Positions 1-10,642 of a DNA stretch of 64,000 nt are shown piece after piece. The notes beneath the pieces are model-generated. The model did no database searches. It was not told where the DNA came from and saw nothing but the letters and a program-made list of their open reading frames with translations. The stretch lies in the IMG/VR virus record IMGVR_UViG_2585427945_000001, one strand, 5' to 3'. The DNA is from an uncultured virus (IMG/VR IMGVR_UViG_2585427945_000001) (Duplodnaviria > Heunggongvirae > Uroviricota > Caudoviricetes). Both the position numbers and the translations under genes were made by a program. Positions within the stretch are counted from its first letter, which is position 1, and each line of letters begins with the position of its first letter.

Positions 1-1147
1 GAACACCGGCTCGACGCTGAAGCTGGCCTTGTACAGGCCGGGGTGCCTGTCCTCGGCAGGGTCGCCCACCGGGGAGAAGCCCTCCGCGGAATGCATGATC
101 CGCACCGCTGCGTCGCGGCACGGCTTGCCCATCCACGGGCGACTGACCATGCGGCCAAGGCCGCTGTACTTACCGACGTACTTGGAGCGGTACGTCATCC
201 GGTCACCTCCTTCAAGGCGGCTTCTACGCGAGCAAGGGACGTCAGGGGAAGGACGAGCGGGCGGCCGATGACCTCCCACGCCTCGGCCCCGTCCTCGCTG
301 ACGATGCGGTCCGCTGGGCGAACGTCGGTGCCTAGAGGAGCAGCGAACACTCTCCGGGTGATCACGGTCTCGCTGGCGTCGTGCTCCTCCGTCGAGGAGC
401 CCACGGTCACGCCGTACGGGCTCATCACGGCGCAGTGGTCGACGCGGATGCGGATCTTGGGCCGGGCACCCAGGACCCCGTAGAGTCCCGGACCCGCTCC
501 CCGGCCCGCTCGATGTACCACGTCTGCGACAGCACGTTGGCGATGAGGCTCATACCGGCCGCCACACGGTGACCGGCGGACGTAGTCCGCGGGGCGATGT
601 CGAGCATGCCGGCGCCTGTGGCATCCCGACTGCACGACGAAGCCGTCGAAGCTCGTCGTCGGAGAGGACGACGCCCGTCTGTGAGTCTGCGTAGGACTGG
701 AGCATGCCGCCCGCCTGCTCGGTCCTGAGCCCCTGGGGGTTCGTCAGGATCCGAGCGGCGACGGACAGGGCCACCGTCTTGATGCCGCGCTGCGGGGGCT
801 CGGTGATCCGGTCCCCCACCTCACCGAGGATGGCGTCTTCAGCCAGGTCGTGGGCGAGCTGGGCGCGCTCCTCGGTGAGCGGGGTGCCCAGGAGGGCCCG
901 CAGCTCAGCCAGGCTGAACAGCATCGCCGCCCCCGTCTTCCGGCGAGGAGAGGCCCGTTTGACGGGGGCTGCTCTCTTCGCCGGCGGCGCCACGTGTGCC
1001 GACTTACGTGGAGCCGGCGCGATCTCCCACGCCTTCGAGTTGGTGATGAGCGCCTGTGCCCACTCGGGCACATCGTCGCCGGGGCCGAACACATGGGCGC
1101 GACCCTGGGCGTCTGTCAGGTGTACGTTCGTCCGGAGTCGCGCCATG

Positions 1148-1411
1148 TCAGCTCACCGTCAGTTCAGCGGTGGACGGGCTCACGGCGAGCGACTCCGGGT
1201 CGTCGGTGACGGTCACGGTGCACGTTCCGCTCTTACCCTGCGCCGTCGCAGTGATCACGGCAGTACCCGCGGACACCGCTGTCACGAGGCCACCTGCCGA
1301 GACCGTGGCCACTGCCGGGGTGGCACTGGTCCACGCGGCTGTGCTGGTCACGGTCTGCTTCGCACCGCTGGTCAGGGTAAGTTCCGCGGCGAGCTGCTGG
1401 GTCTTAGCCAT
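1148..1411 (-). CDS. Stand-alone Ig-like (Big_2) protein, copy 1
   Basis: Identical to 57337-57600; motif WTSATPAVATVSAGGLVTAVSAGTAVITAT. Confidence 0.9.
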   Translation of the reverse strand: MAKTQQLAAELTLTSGAKQTVTSTAAWTSATPAVATVSAGGLVTAVSAGTAVITATAQGKSGTCTVTVTDDPESLAVSPSTAELTVS

Positions 1412-1491
1412 TCATCCTCGTCTGTCGTCGTCGGGTTGGTCACAGGTGCCGCCTCAGCCCGTGGTCAGGGCTGCGGTTCCCGGCGACACCG

Positions 1492-2529
1492 TCAGGAAGA
1501 AGGGTCGTCAAGCACCGTTGCACGGAGGGTGAGGTCCGGGGCGGCCACGACCGGGAGGGCGATGGTGGTCGCGCGAGTCCACACGGTCTGTGGGTCCTCC
1601 GACTTGTAGCCGCCGACGGCGATACCTGCGGCGTCGCCGGCCAGGCCGTACCGCGGGTCGTTCGCCTCAACCGGCACACCCCACAGGGTTTTACCGGCGG
1701 CGTCGCCCTGCTCGGGCAGGAAGAGGAGCTGGTCCTCAGGAGTGATTCGCGTGGCGACTCCGTCCACATTCACCTGCGCGTCGTAGATCTCGACCGGCGG
1801 GATTCCGAAGGAGGCCAGTACCGCGTTGACACTCGCTTCGGTGATCAGGCCGGGAGCCACGGCGGAGCCCGCGAACGCCAGGTCGCGCACCTGCTTGTTC
1901 CGCATCAGCAGGTTGTACACCGTCAGCGACATCAGCGTCGCTGCTGGACGGTGCCCGTTGGTGCGGTTGTACACCGCCACCCACGCGCGAAGGTTGTCGA
2001 TCGCCTTCGCGTTCTCGGTGTCGTCCCACGCCACCGACGCGGTAACCGAGTGGGCCGCCGAACGGCCGAAGTCTACGGACGCCTGGACGCCGTTCTCGTT
2101 CAGCGTGACGGCCCCAGTGAACAGCGCCTCGCCCCGGGCAAGCTCTATGCGCGCCGCGAGCTGAGCGACGAGCTTGACAGAGTCCGACTCCATGGCGTCA
2201 CGGATATCGGCGTTCTGGGTGTCGACGTTCCGCATCTTGATCTGGTCGTACTCAGAGACGGGCATCTTCCTGCTGATGGGCGGCAGTTCGCCGCTCACCC
2301 GAGACCCGCCAGGCCGGTACGCGATGTCCGACTCGGCGTCGAAGGCACGGAACCTCGCCGCCTCTACGAGGCCGCCCCCGCCTCGGCTGAAGCGAAACAT
2401 CAGGTCGTTGATGGTCTCGTTGGGGAGCCACCGGTTCAGGTTGAGCGCGTTCTCCTCGCGGAACCGGAGCGCCTCGCGGGCGTAACCGGTGAGTTCCGCA
2501 GGAGTCGCGTACTCAGTGATGAGCTGCAT
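1492..2529 (-). CDS. Major capsid protein, copy 1
   Basis: Identical to 57681-58718. Confidence 0.9.
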   Translation of the reverse strand: MQLITEYATPAELTGYAREALRFREENALNLNRWLPNETINDLMFRFSRGGGGLVEAARFRAFDAESDIAYRPGGSRVSGELPPISRKMPVSEYDQIKMRNVDTQNADIRDAMESDSVKLVAQLAARIELARGEALFTGAVTLNENGVQASVDFGRSAAHSVTASVAWDDTENAKAIDNLRAWVAVYNRTNGHRPAATLMSLTVYNLLMRNKQVRDLAFAGSAVAPGLITEASVNAVLASFGIPPVEIYDAQVNVDGVATRITPEDQLLFLPEQGDAAGKTLWGVPVEANDPRYGLAGDAAGIAVGGYKSEDPQTVWTRATTIALPVVAAPDLTLRATVLDDPSS

Positions 2530-2542
2530 GTATCAGGGCCTC

Positions 2543-2938
2543 TCAGACGAAGATGATGCGGCCGGCGACATCCGCCTTGCCGTTGGCGTCGACGGGGACA
2601 GGGAGCTTCGCCTCACGGATGAAGCAGTGGATGAGCATCGAGCCCACGACCGAGGTGGACGCGACCCCGCGGGCGTCGACGTCCTGAGCGGTGAAGAGGA
2701 AGCCCACGAGGGTCTGCCGACCGTCGCTCGCGGCGTCGTCGTACGGGCCGTACTTCCCGCCGGTCGTCACCTTGCCGAGCGGGATGCCGCTCTTGATGTA
2801 GCCGTCCGGGTAGTGGGTGGCCTTCGTGAACTTCGAGATGTCCAGGGTGACCGAGACAGGGGCGTCAGTGCCGTGGGCGCTGCCGAGCCAGTCACGGCGG
2901 TCCTGGGTGAAGCTCTCAACCTTGAGGTTGAGGTCCAT
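2543..2938 (-). CDS. Head decoration protein, copy 1
   Basis: Identical to 58732-59127. Confidence 0.8.
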   Translation of the reverse strand: MDLNLKVESFTQDRRDWLGSAHGTDAPVSVTLDISKFTKATHYPDGYIKSGIPLGKVTTGGKYGPYDDAASDGRQTLVGFLFTAQDVDARGVASTSVVGSMLIHCFIREAKLPVPVDANGKADVAGRIIFV

Positions 2939-2962
2939 GGATCCTCCAGAGGGGAGTAGTGG

Positions 2963-5833
2963 TTACTTGCCGTGCTTCTGCCGGAAGCGCTCAGCTCCGG
3001 TCGCGACCGACGAGCCTCCGCCGACGTCGGATCCGCGGTCTCCGCCAACCCGGTAGGTTCCGGTGGCGCCCGTGGGAGCGAAGTCCTTCAGCAGCGCGTC
3101 TGCGTCCGCCTCCAGCTCCTCCTTCGTGGAGCCCTGGAGACGCGCGGCCTGCGTGGTGGTGAGGCTCTTCGCGATGGCGACTTCGAGAAGCAGCGCCCTA
3201 CGGACCGCTGCGTCGGCCTCCGCGCGAGCGGTAGCGGCGGCTGCCTCTGCGGTCGCCTTCTCGGCCTGGACCCGCTCGGTCTCGGTGAGGTCGGCGCCTG
3301 GCGCCTCTTCAGCTCCTCGTCGGCCTGGCGCAGTCGCTCCAGCTCCGTGGCGTCCGGGGCGGCCTTCGAGGCTGCCTCATGCTTGCGGGCGTGGTGCTTC
3401 CAGTACGCCACCTGGTGTTCGGGCGTCATGTCGGCCGTCGGCGTGTTGTCCGGGTAGCCGTGCTCGTTGACGGTCGGGAGGTTCTCAGGCTCAGGCATTG
3501 GTGGGGTCCCCTGTCGGGAGTCGTCAGCCCGTGGCGGGCGTCAGGTCGGAAGACGGATGTCATCGGGGCCGGTGAAGCGCTGGCCCTTGAAGCCCAGAAC
3601 GGGCCCGATCTCGCCGTGGTCGTTGGCGATAATGATCTTGCGGTAGTCCACCGCGCGGCCTCCGCGGTCGAAGGTGCCGAGCGCGTCCTCCACGGCATCG
3701 TGGATGCGTTCGAGCTTCTCTTCGTCGATGACCTGGCCGGGGTCCTCGTCGGCTGTCACCAGCTTCACGAGGCAGTCACACCCGGGATGGATCGGCGCTA
3801 GGTCGCGCTTGTGGTAGCGCTGGGTGGAGGCGATCATGCAGAGGCGCAGTCGTACTCGCCCTGTAGTTCTCGGACGGTGTACGAGAAGCGAGGCATGTCG
3901 TCCCCACCTCTCGCACAGTGTGGTCCGGGCTAGCTGTAGATCCGTCTTGGCGATGGTTTCCAGCCGGTGCGTACCGCGGGCCAAGGCGGCGTCGAAAGCG
4001 ACGTCCTTGTCCAACGCGGCCCAAACCTCGGCGAACGGGCGCCGGTAGACGGTCTCAGATCGACGTCGCGTAGCGCGCGTCCGGTCACCCTGTCAAAGTC
4101 CAGGTCCGTCCGCGGTGCTCGCCCGTCGACCTCGCGGTACAACTGCTCCAGGTACGACGCCGTGAGAGCGGCGACCTGCCGCTGACCACCAAGAAGCACC
4201 GGCAGAGTAGTGCGCTCGAAGCGCCGCACGTCGGCATCACGCCACGAGCCGAGACCGGACCATGCGCGAGTGGTACGACCGAGGGTCGTCCTCCACACGC
4301 TCTGCACTGCGGCGCCGTACTTGCCGGTCAAGCCGCGTCAGGGACATCGTCCTCCTCGCGGGTGATCAGCGTTCGGAGTCGCGCTTGCCTGGAGGGACGC
4401 CGGCTCGGGATCCGTGTCGGGCACGGCGTTCAGGGCGTCAGCCGCGCGGTCGATCTCCATGCGGGAGATCTGCGACGGGTGTAGCCCATGTCCTCCATGC
4501 GCTGCCGCCACGGGACGCCGGCCGAAGCCTTCTTGACGGCTGCGTCCGCGAGTTCCGAGACGGTGCGGGACTCGGGGTCACGCCAGATGGTCTCAGCGCT
4601 CCATGTCGTGGCGCGCTCGTCGTCGCCCAGGACCCGGAAGGCCATGCGCATGACGCTCTCCCATGACTCGCCGTACGCACGTTGACGGTCGCGCACCTTG
4701 CTGATGAGTCCGGTTTCCGCAGCTTTCAGCGCGTCGCCGGAGACGTTCACAACGGCGCCGATCAGGTAATGCGGAGGTGTGCGGCTGATTGCGGCCAGAT
4801 CCTGCACGGCGGCAGTCACGGCGCGCACGTAGGGAGCTAGGTCCGTAGCCGCGAACTCCCCAAAACGGACGTCGGGGTTGTCGGTCGTCCAGAGCTTGCG
4901 GATGTCTAGCTGGAAGGGCTGGATCGCTGCCCCGGTGATCGGGTCCTCGTCGACCTCCAGGCCGGCGGCGTACCGCTGTCGGAAGGCGCCGTACTTCATG
5001 GCGGCAATGAGGTTGATCAGCGAGAGGTTGATGCGGTTCTGGATCGAGAGGACGTCCTCGTGCTCCGCGAACCCTTCCGGCCGACGGTTTCGACGGTTGA
5101 TGAAGGGAACGAGGGGCACCACGCCCAGCTCGTTCACACGGTAGCCGTCGGGCAGGTTCGGAAGCGCCAGGGCGTCCCACCCACGAAGCTCCGCAGCGCG
5201 ACCGGAGAAAGCCGGGTTGCCAGTCTTCGTGGTGAACTCGTGCACCCCCGTCGGCGTCCAAAGCGTCGCCCGGGTGTTCCCGGTCCAGTCATCACGCCAG
5301 AGCTTCAGTCCGGCAGCCAGCTTGCGCCGATTGCCCTGCTCATGTTCGACAGCCACCTGCGTGGGTGTCTCATGAGTCAGCACAGGCCGCCCGTCGTCGC
5401 CCTTCTCCACGAGGACGAACGCACGCCGCTGAGACATGGCGCCGTAGTGCACCAGGGCGGAATCAGCATCCATGCTGTTCTCCTGCCAGATGCGGTTGGC
5501 CTCCCGGTCTGCCACACGAGCATCGTCAGGGGAGTCCCGGTCTGCATCGTCGAACCGGAAGCCGTCAACCCCCAGCCGCTCGCCGGGGCTGTCGATGACG
5601 AGACTGAGCCAGTTGGTGCGGGCGTCCCGCATCCACTCCGAAATCTCGCGCGGATCAACGCCCGGAACGTGTGGCAGCTTCGGCTTCCCCTCTGCGGCCT
5701 TCCGGAGGGAAGTGAGCCCTGGGGTGACCTCGTTGTCGTCGTCGATGCTGTCCTTGCGCTCGTCCAGCATCCTCTTGCCTAGCCGCTGGAGCCACCATCC
5801 CGGGGATTCCGGAACCTGTGCGTCAACCGGCAT
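2963..5833 (-). other. Scaffold, minor capsid and portal genes, copy 1, frameshifted by probable sequencing indels
   Basis: Same DNA as 59152-62028 but with small indels that split or truncate the ORFs. Confidence 0.85.
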
Positions 5834-5845
5834 GCGTCCTCCTCC

Positions 5846-7558
5846 CTAGAATGCGACGAGGCGGCCAGTCCGCTTCTTTCGCTTAGTGATCCCTGCGGCA
5901 ACGGCGTCAGCGCGGCACTCGTAGGCGAGCGTCGCGGACATGGCGGCGTCGATCTTCTTCGGCGACTTCGGGTGTTCCTTGCCGATGCCGATGTGGTTGC
6001 GTCCCAGCGGCCGACGCTTGGCGTTCAGCACGTGGCGGGTGAGTGTGGTGCCTTTGCGGGCGTAGTCGGCGTCGGTGTCACCGGCCTTGTCGGTGCCGCA
6101 CCACGAAAGGCCCTTGTCGTCAACGGCCTCCACGAAGCGGTTGAGGGCCTGCTCCATGGCCGTCGGACGGTTGGTCCACCACTCCAGCGGGCGGGCCTGT
6201 GTAGCGCGTACCGACAGGTTCTCGCCGTAGTCCCTGGTCCAGGCGTCCGCGTAGTCCTGCCAGTGCGGCGGGTCGCAGTAGAAGCCGCACACGTCGAAGC
6301 GCTCGAAGGCTCGGGCGACGGCAGCGTCAACCGACTCCCGGTCGACCTGCCACCCGTCGCCCTCTGGACCCTCGGGCTTCTCCCAGACCCCGAGGAGCTG
6401 GAGGTGGCCGTCAGATACGCGGCAGGCTGTAAGGGCCGTGGCGTCGTCGCGGATCGATCCGTCGAAGCCGAGTGTGACCAACTCGCCGGGGGCGATCTCC
6501 TCGTCCCGCCGGCAGAGAAGCCAGGCGTCCGGGTCCATCCACGCATCGGAGGACGACGTCCGGGAGTTGAGGAAGTAGCGCTTGCCGTCCGCGGAGTCGG
6601 TGCGGAGGTCGTAGAAGTCGTCGACGAGGGTGTCTTCGTCGATCCACTCCATGGCGTCGCCGTACGCGTCCCGGAGAGCGGCACGGAGCTGGACCTCATC
6701 CTTCAAGTCCGCGCAAACGCCGTAGCGGTGGTCGTACATGAGTCGCGACCGGCCGCGCTTCTTGCGGCCCTCGCGGATCGCTTCGGCCTCCTCGTACGTC
6801 CGCTCAGCGACACTGTCCTGGCCCGGGGCGAACATGGTCGTGGTTTCGAGATACCACGTGCCGGCGCCCTTCTTCCTCTTGCGGAGGTTTCGGGTCACGG
6901 TCGCGTACATGCGACGCAGCTCAGGCGTGTTGTACAGGTGCGTCTCGTCGAAGCAGACCCACGTCTCCTTACCGCCGTCCTTCGAGGAGGATGAAGCGGT
7001 TGACGGGGTGATCTCCCCACCCTGCGGAAGGTTGATCTTCGTCAGGCCGGGATCGATGCCTGGGATGGCGGAGAGGGGTGACGACTCGTCGGTCAGGTTG
7101 AAGTAGATCGTGTCGTAGACGTTGCCGGTCTGGCCTTCCTCCGTGGCCATGATCCGGAGGTACGGCACCTTGACCGGGCGGCCCATCGGCTCACCGGGCT
7201 CGTAGACGTACTCGAAGCCGAAGCCCCAGGGGTCTCGGTAGACCTCTCCGCCCTCCGCCCAGCCGGCGAACCGGGCGGGGCCGAGCGCTTCGAAGAGTCC
7301 GATGCGGGCGCCTAGGCCGGACTTGTCGCAGCCCTTGGGGCGGGAGAAGAAGGCCGAGTCGTAGAGGAGCTTGCCCTCGTCGTCATCGACCGCGTAACAG
7401 TCCACCACGAAGCCGCTGTACTCGTCGCCGTGGCGGACGGGCTCACCCTGGACGTCACCAGGGCCGTGGACGACCATGAACTCCATCCACGCCAGCGCCA
7501 TCCACCCGATCGAGCGGGACCGATCATGACCCGGGGCGCGTACCGTGACGTGCGGCAT
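5846..7558 (-). CDS. terL: Terminase large subunit, copy 1
   Basis: Walker A-like RPKGCDKS, Walker B CFDETH, nuclease motifs LGFDGS..DATAL and KIDAAMS. Confidence 0.93.
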   Translation of the reverse strand: MPHVTVRAPGHDRSRSIGWMALAWMEFMVVHGPGDVQGEPVRHGDEYSGFVVDCYAVDDDEGKLLYDSAFFSRPKGCDKSGLGARIGLFEALGPARFAGWAEGGEVYRDPWGFGFEYVYEPGEPMGRPVKVPYLRIMATEEGQTGNVYDTIYFNLTDESSPLSAIPGIDPGLTKINLPQGGEITPSTASSSSKDGGKETWVCFDETHLYNTPELRRMYATVTRNLRKRKKGAGTWYLETTTMFAPGQDSVAERTYEEAEAIREGRKKRGRSRLMYDHRYGVCADLKDEVQLRAALRDAYGDAMEWIDEDTLVDDFYDLRTDSADGKRYFLNSRTSSSDAWMDPDAWLLCRRDEEIAPGELVTLGFDGSIRDDATALTACRVSDGHLQLLGVWEKPEGPEGDGWQVDRESVDAAVARAFERFDVCGFYCDPPHWQDYADAWTRDYGENLSVRATQARPLEWWTNRPTAMEQALNRFVEAVDDKGLSWCGTDKAGDTDADYARKGTTLTRHVLNAKRRPLGRNHIGIGKEHPKSPKKIDAAMSATLAYECRADAVAAGITKRKKRTGRLVAF

Positions 7559-7577
7559 CGGCGCCCCCTCTCTGTAG

Positions 7578-8045
7578 TTAGCCGGTCAGCCTCGCTCGCC
7601 GTGAAGTGATGTCGGAAACGTTGCTGCCAGGGCTCTGTGCGGGCCTCTGCGGGGCGCTCGTGGGGTCGTCGACCTTGAGCTTGAGGCGGGCCCTGTCCTC
7701 CGGCGTGGCGCCGAACTTGGCGACTCTGAGGCGTACCTCAGCGGCCAGGGTCCAATGCCCTTTCTGCCAGTACGCGTTGTGCAGCAATGCCGTATCCAAG
7801 AGGCTGTCCCAGTCCGTAGCTATGAACGTCTGAGCCTGCGGGCTCGTGCGCCAGGTGTGCCACCAGGCAACGGTCATGGGGTGCCAGTCAACAAGCTCAC
7901 CGGTCTTTGTATCGACGCCTAGTACACCTTCGGGGAGGTCGGGTCCGCGAAGTTCGTCGTCAGGGGCGATCACGGTTTCAGGCTCGGTCGCGTTGCGCCT
8001 GCGCCGCTTAGAAGGGTCCTTTGGTGCTGGTCCGCGGCCGGCCAT
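7578..8045 (-). CDS. terS: Terminase small subunit
   Basis: MAGRGPAPK N-terminus and AEVRLRVAKFGATPEDRARL motif typical of actinophage TerS; directly upstream of terL. Confidence 0.88.
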   Translation of the reverse strand: MAGRGPAPKDPSKRRRRNATEPETVIAPDDELRGPDLPEGVLGVDTKTGELVDWHPMTVAWWHTWRTSPQAQTFIATDWDSLLDTALLHNAYWQKGHWTLAAEVRLRVAKFGATPEDRARLKLKVDDPTSAPQRPAQSPGSNVSDITSRRARLTG

Positions 8046-8227
8046 CAGCCACGCCCCTCGTCAGCCCACCGACGGCAGTACACGTCAGAGGCGTGCTGCG
8101 TGGTGTGCTCCTCGTGCGGGTACGACAGCCGTACGCACTGCTGATCAGTCTCCGGGTGTCTCGCAGGGCACTGCGTGAGAACACCATCCATCAGGCCTCC
8201 CAGGTAGGAACGACGAACGCCGCCCAT
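8045..8227 (-). CDS. Small Cys/His-rich hypothetical protein
   Basis: Stop overlaps the terS start (TGATG); the start codon is uncertain. Confidence 0.45.
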   Translation of the reverse strand: MGGVRRSYLGGLMDGVLTQCPARHPETDQQCVRLSYPHEEHTTQHASDVYCRRWADEGRG

Positions 8228-8235
8228 GTCGGGAG

Positions 8236-8829
8236 CTACGCCGTCAGCTTGGTCACCACCGCGGAAAGGTCCGCGAGGATCGACGGGCAGGAGCCATGTC
8301 GGCGGCCCGTCATTGCGATGTACCGGCCGGTCCCGTAGATCTCCACGGCCGTGCCGTCGGGGCGTCGGATGCGGCGTCCCTGTCGGACGTTCGCGCGGCC
8401 CCAGATGTGCAGTCCGTCGCCGGACGGGGACACCTCTACGTAGGTGGCGCCCGCGTCACGTACGACGGCTGCGGCCCACGGCGCCAGGCGGCCCGTGAGC
8501 GGGTTCAAGCAGTGGTCCAGGTCGATGCAGATGATGTCGTCAACGTCCGAGAGGACGAAGCCCAGACCGACGCCGGCCGACGAAGCGGCGGCATCCTTGT
8601 AGCTGCTCCACGTCCGCGGGTCGGTGCTGGACGCCGGCATGTCGCCTGTCGTCAGCGGGACCTTCGTCGCGGATCGTCGGACCCATCTGTCGCAAGTCGT
8701 CAGTTCGAGGGGCAGTGAAGTCTTGCTGGCGCGCGAAAGCGCCTTGCGGCACCGGGGCGAACAAGTGCGCGCGTGGGACCGTGCCGTGATCGGCATCGGC
8801 TCGGGGCACATGGCGCAGGTGCGGTTCAT
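8236..8829 (-). CDS. Stand-alone primase-polymerase (prim-pol)-like domain with N-terminal Zn finger
   Basis: Motifs IDLDHC, EVSPSGDGLHIWG and VEIYGTGRYIAMTG; CxxC...CxxxC at the N-terminus. Confidence 0.75.
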   Translation of the reverse strand: MNRTCAMCPEPMPITARSHARTCSPRCRKALSRASKTSLPLELTTCDRWVRRSATKVPLTTGDMPASSTDPRTWSSYKDAAASSAGVGLGFVLSDVDDIICIDLDHCLNPLTGRLAPWAAAVVRDAGATYVEVSPSGDGLHIWGRANVRQGRRIRRPDGTAVEIYGTGRYIAMTGRRHGSCPSILADLSAVVTKLTA

Positions 8830-8989
8830 GGCTCCATCATATTGGGGGCGTGTCACACTTTCAAGCCTCTCACCTGCGGCGATACATCGAAGAGCAAAGG
8901 CCGCGCGTCACACTTTGCGCCTCCCTCCCCGCTGAGAGGCCCCCAGAAGGCCCTGTGTGGGCGCCTGACAGCCTGCCAGCCGGCTCGGT

Positions 8990-9107
8990 TCAGTGGCTCG
9001 ATTCTCAAGCTGGAGACCCGTACTCGGGGGGCGAACCAGCACTCTCTCGGTGCTCACAGGAATGATCAAGGGATCACCCCCTGGGTGATCTTGCTCAAAC
9101 GATCTTG
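8990..9107. other. Probable cos/packaging region
   Basis: Non-coding gap between the HNH genes and terS, with palindrome gatcaccccctgggtgatc and repeated GATCTT. The position is typical of cos phages; the exact cut site is not determinable. Confidence 0.4.
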
Positions 9108-9401
9108 CTAGATGATCTTGGCAGTGAACCCGATCTTGGTCTCCCGATGATCACCGTCGGCATGCTCGCCCTTGATCGTTAGCCGGCCGGGGATCAAGGT
9201 CAGGGTAATCGTCGTCAGGTCGGAGCTGCTGCTCGTCCCGACGTGGATCTTGGGCGCCTTCGCGAGCCGGCCAACGTCGACACCGTTGACGATCACTCGC
9301 GTCACCTGGAGTCCGTCCTCGCCCGTGTCGTCGGCCTCCTCCAGGACCACATGGGAGCCAGTCACGCCGCCTCCATGCGGTTGCCCTTGCGCAGGTTGCA
9401 T
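9108..9401 (-). CDS. Hypothetical protein
   Basis: ORF between the HNH gene and the non-coding region; the true start is probably downstream of the listed one. Confidence 0.5.
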   Translation of the reverse strand: MQPAQGQPHGGGVTGSHVVLEEADDTGEDGLQVTRVIVNGVDVGRLAKAPKIHVGTSSSSDLTTITLTLIPGRLTIKGEHADGDHRETKIGFTAKII

Positions 9402-9841
9402 CGAAGGTGCGCAGTCATGACGTTGGCCATCGTGTGCGACCCACCTCTGCTCAGTGGTACTACGTGGTCAACGCTGGCACTCTCGGGGTCAGGCCACGCA
9501 GCAGCAGCGTCCACGGGGCCGTTACATAGAGAGCACGTCCATGCGTCACGCACGAACACCTCGACGGCACGTACGGTCTCGCTCTCCACACCCATCTTGC
9601 GAGCCCTGCGCCGCTGATCCGCGGCCTTGGTCGCCTCCGGGTACAGCTCCCGCACACTCCCGTGCTCTGCCCAGTACGCCCGCAGGTAGGCCGCATGTCG
9701 GTCCTTGGTCCGCTGCCGATACGCCACCAGCCGGCCGTCTGCTGCCCGGCGCTTGTTGTACGCGCGCTGCTGGCACAGTTCGGTGCAGTACTTCGCTCGG
9801 GCACGGTCGTGGGGCGAACCGCAGTGCGCACAGAGCTTCAC
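9362..9841 (-). CDS. HNH endonuclease with N-terminal Zn finger
   Basis: RDAWTCSLC...SVDHVVPLSRGGSHTMANVMTAHLRCN. Confidence 0.9.
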   Translation of the reverse strand: MKLCAHCGSPHDRARAKYCTELCQQRAYNKRRAADGRLVAYRQRTKDRHAAYLRAYWAEHGSVRELYPEATKAADQRRRARKMGVESETVRAVEVFVRDAWTCSLCNGPVDAAAAWPDPESASVDHVVPLSRGGSHTMANVMTAHLRCNLRKGNRMEAA

Positions 9842-9921
9842 ATCTACTCCAAGGGATGGCGAAGGCCCCGACGCCTTGGAACGTCAGGGCCCTCTTCCCG
9901 CGGGGATCAACCGCGGGCGAC

Positions 9922-10221
9922 TCAGTCGCCCAGCGCGGGGTGCGTGGGCGGTTCTCGGTGCACGGACGGACGCGATCGAGCCGCGTTACCTTCCGCAGAT
10001 GACTTGCGCTGGTGGTGCCAGGGACACAAGAGGCGTAGATTCGCCTCTCTGTGGTCATCTCCGGGCTCTATGTGGTCCACGTCGGTACCAGGTAGCTCGC
10101 ACCGCCTGTCGTCGCTGTAGAGGGCCGTACAGCGCCCCTCGTCACGCCGGATGATGCGACGTCGGATGGCGGGCCAGTTCTTCGGCAGGCGGCTTCTGCG
10201 GGTACTTCCAGCCCAGCTCAT
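9922..10221 (-). CDS. Small HNH endonuclease (packaging-associated type)
   Basis: W..IRRRIIRRD..C...TDVDHIEPGDDH..ANLRLLCPWHH; lies near the packaging genes. Confidence 0.9.
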   Translation of the reverse strand: MSWAGSTRRSRLPKNWPAIRRRIIRRDEGRCTALYSDDRRCELPGTDVDHIEPGDDHREANLRLLCPWHHQRKSSAEGNAARSRPSVHREPPTHPALGD

Positions 10222-10261
10222 TCCGCCTCCATGCTCTGGTCGTTGGCCGTATGCTCACGGC

Positions 10262-10513
10262 ATGCTGAAGAAGTTCCTGGCCGCCCGCGGATACGGGGCG
10301 ATAGACGATCTGGCCCGGCTCGCGTACAAGCGGGGCGACGCGATCTTCACGAACAAGTTCCATCCGCGTCCGACGAAGAACGACACCGACCTGGCGCTGG
10401 CCATCGCCGACGTCGAAGCAGTCGGCTGGGTACTGGTCAACCAGCAGGCAGAGGGTGAGGGGCTGACGCGCTTCGTCAGCCTGACGTTCCGCCGGCGCGA
10501 GGACGGCGTCTGA
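10262..10513 (+). CDS. Hypothetical protein on the opposite strand (moron-like)
   Basis: 83 aa ORF with GC3-biased codons, followed by a hairpin at about 10521-10559. Confidence 0.65.
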   Translation: MLKKFLAARGYGAIDDLARLAYKRGDAIFTNKFHPRPTKNDTDLALAIADVEAVGWVLVNQQAEGEGLTRFVSLTFRRREDGV

Positions 10514-10520
10514 AATAGCT

Positions 10521-10559
10521 CAGCCCCGCTCAGGGGATCGCTCCTCCCTGGCGGGGCTG
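10521..10559. terminator. Hairpin between the + ORF and the tRNA cluster
   Basis: Inverted repeat cagccccgc...gcggggctg. Confidence 0.55.
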
Positions 10560-10567
10560 CGTCTGTG

Positions 10568-10642
10568 TCGGGACAGCAGGATTCGAACCTGCGGCCCTCC
10601 GCTCCCAAAGCGGATGCGCTAACCAAGCTGCGCCATGTCCCG
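10568..10642 (-). tRNA. tRNA-Pro(UGG)
   Basis: Cloverleaf CGGGACA...UGUCCCG-A; anticodon arm UCCGC-UUUGGGA-GCGGA; T-loop GGUUCGAAUCC. Confidence 0.95.

Larger units (their letters stand above)
1..7805. repeat. Direct repeat of 56185-64000 (probable circular-genome assembly overlap; lower-quality copy)
   Basis: Position 1 (gaacaccggctcgacg) recurs at 56185, and 7805 matches 64000. The offset drifts from 56184 to 56195, and ORFs broken here are intact in the second copy. Confidence 0.97.

Noticed and set aside
195..4500. Apparent pseudogenes or fused ORFs in head genes (e.g. 550-1146, 3088-3498, 3541-4014, 3930-4331)
   Set aside because: The genes are intact in the second copy; the differences are small indels typical of a poorly polished contig end.
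9892..9917. ctcttcccgcggggatcaaccg resembles part of a type I-E CRISPR repeat (possible RNA anti-CRISPR)
   Set aside because: It is a single partial match lacking the repeat's stem, and is better explained by its own cccgcgg/ccgcggg hairpin. No array or cas genes are present.
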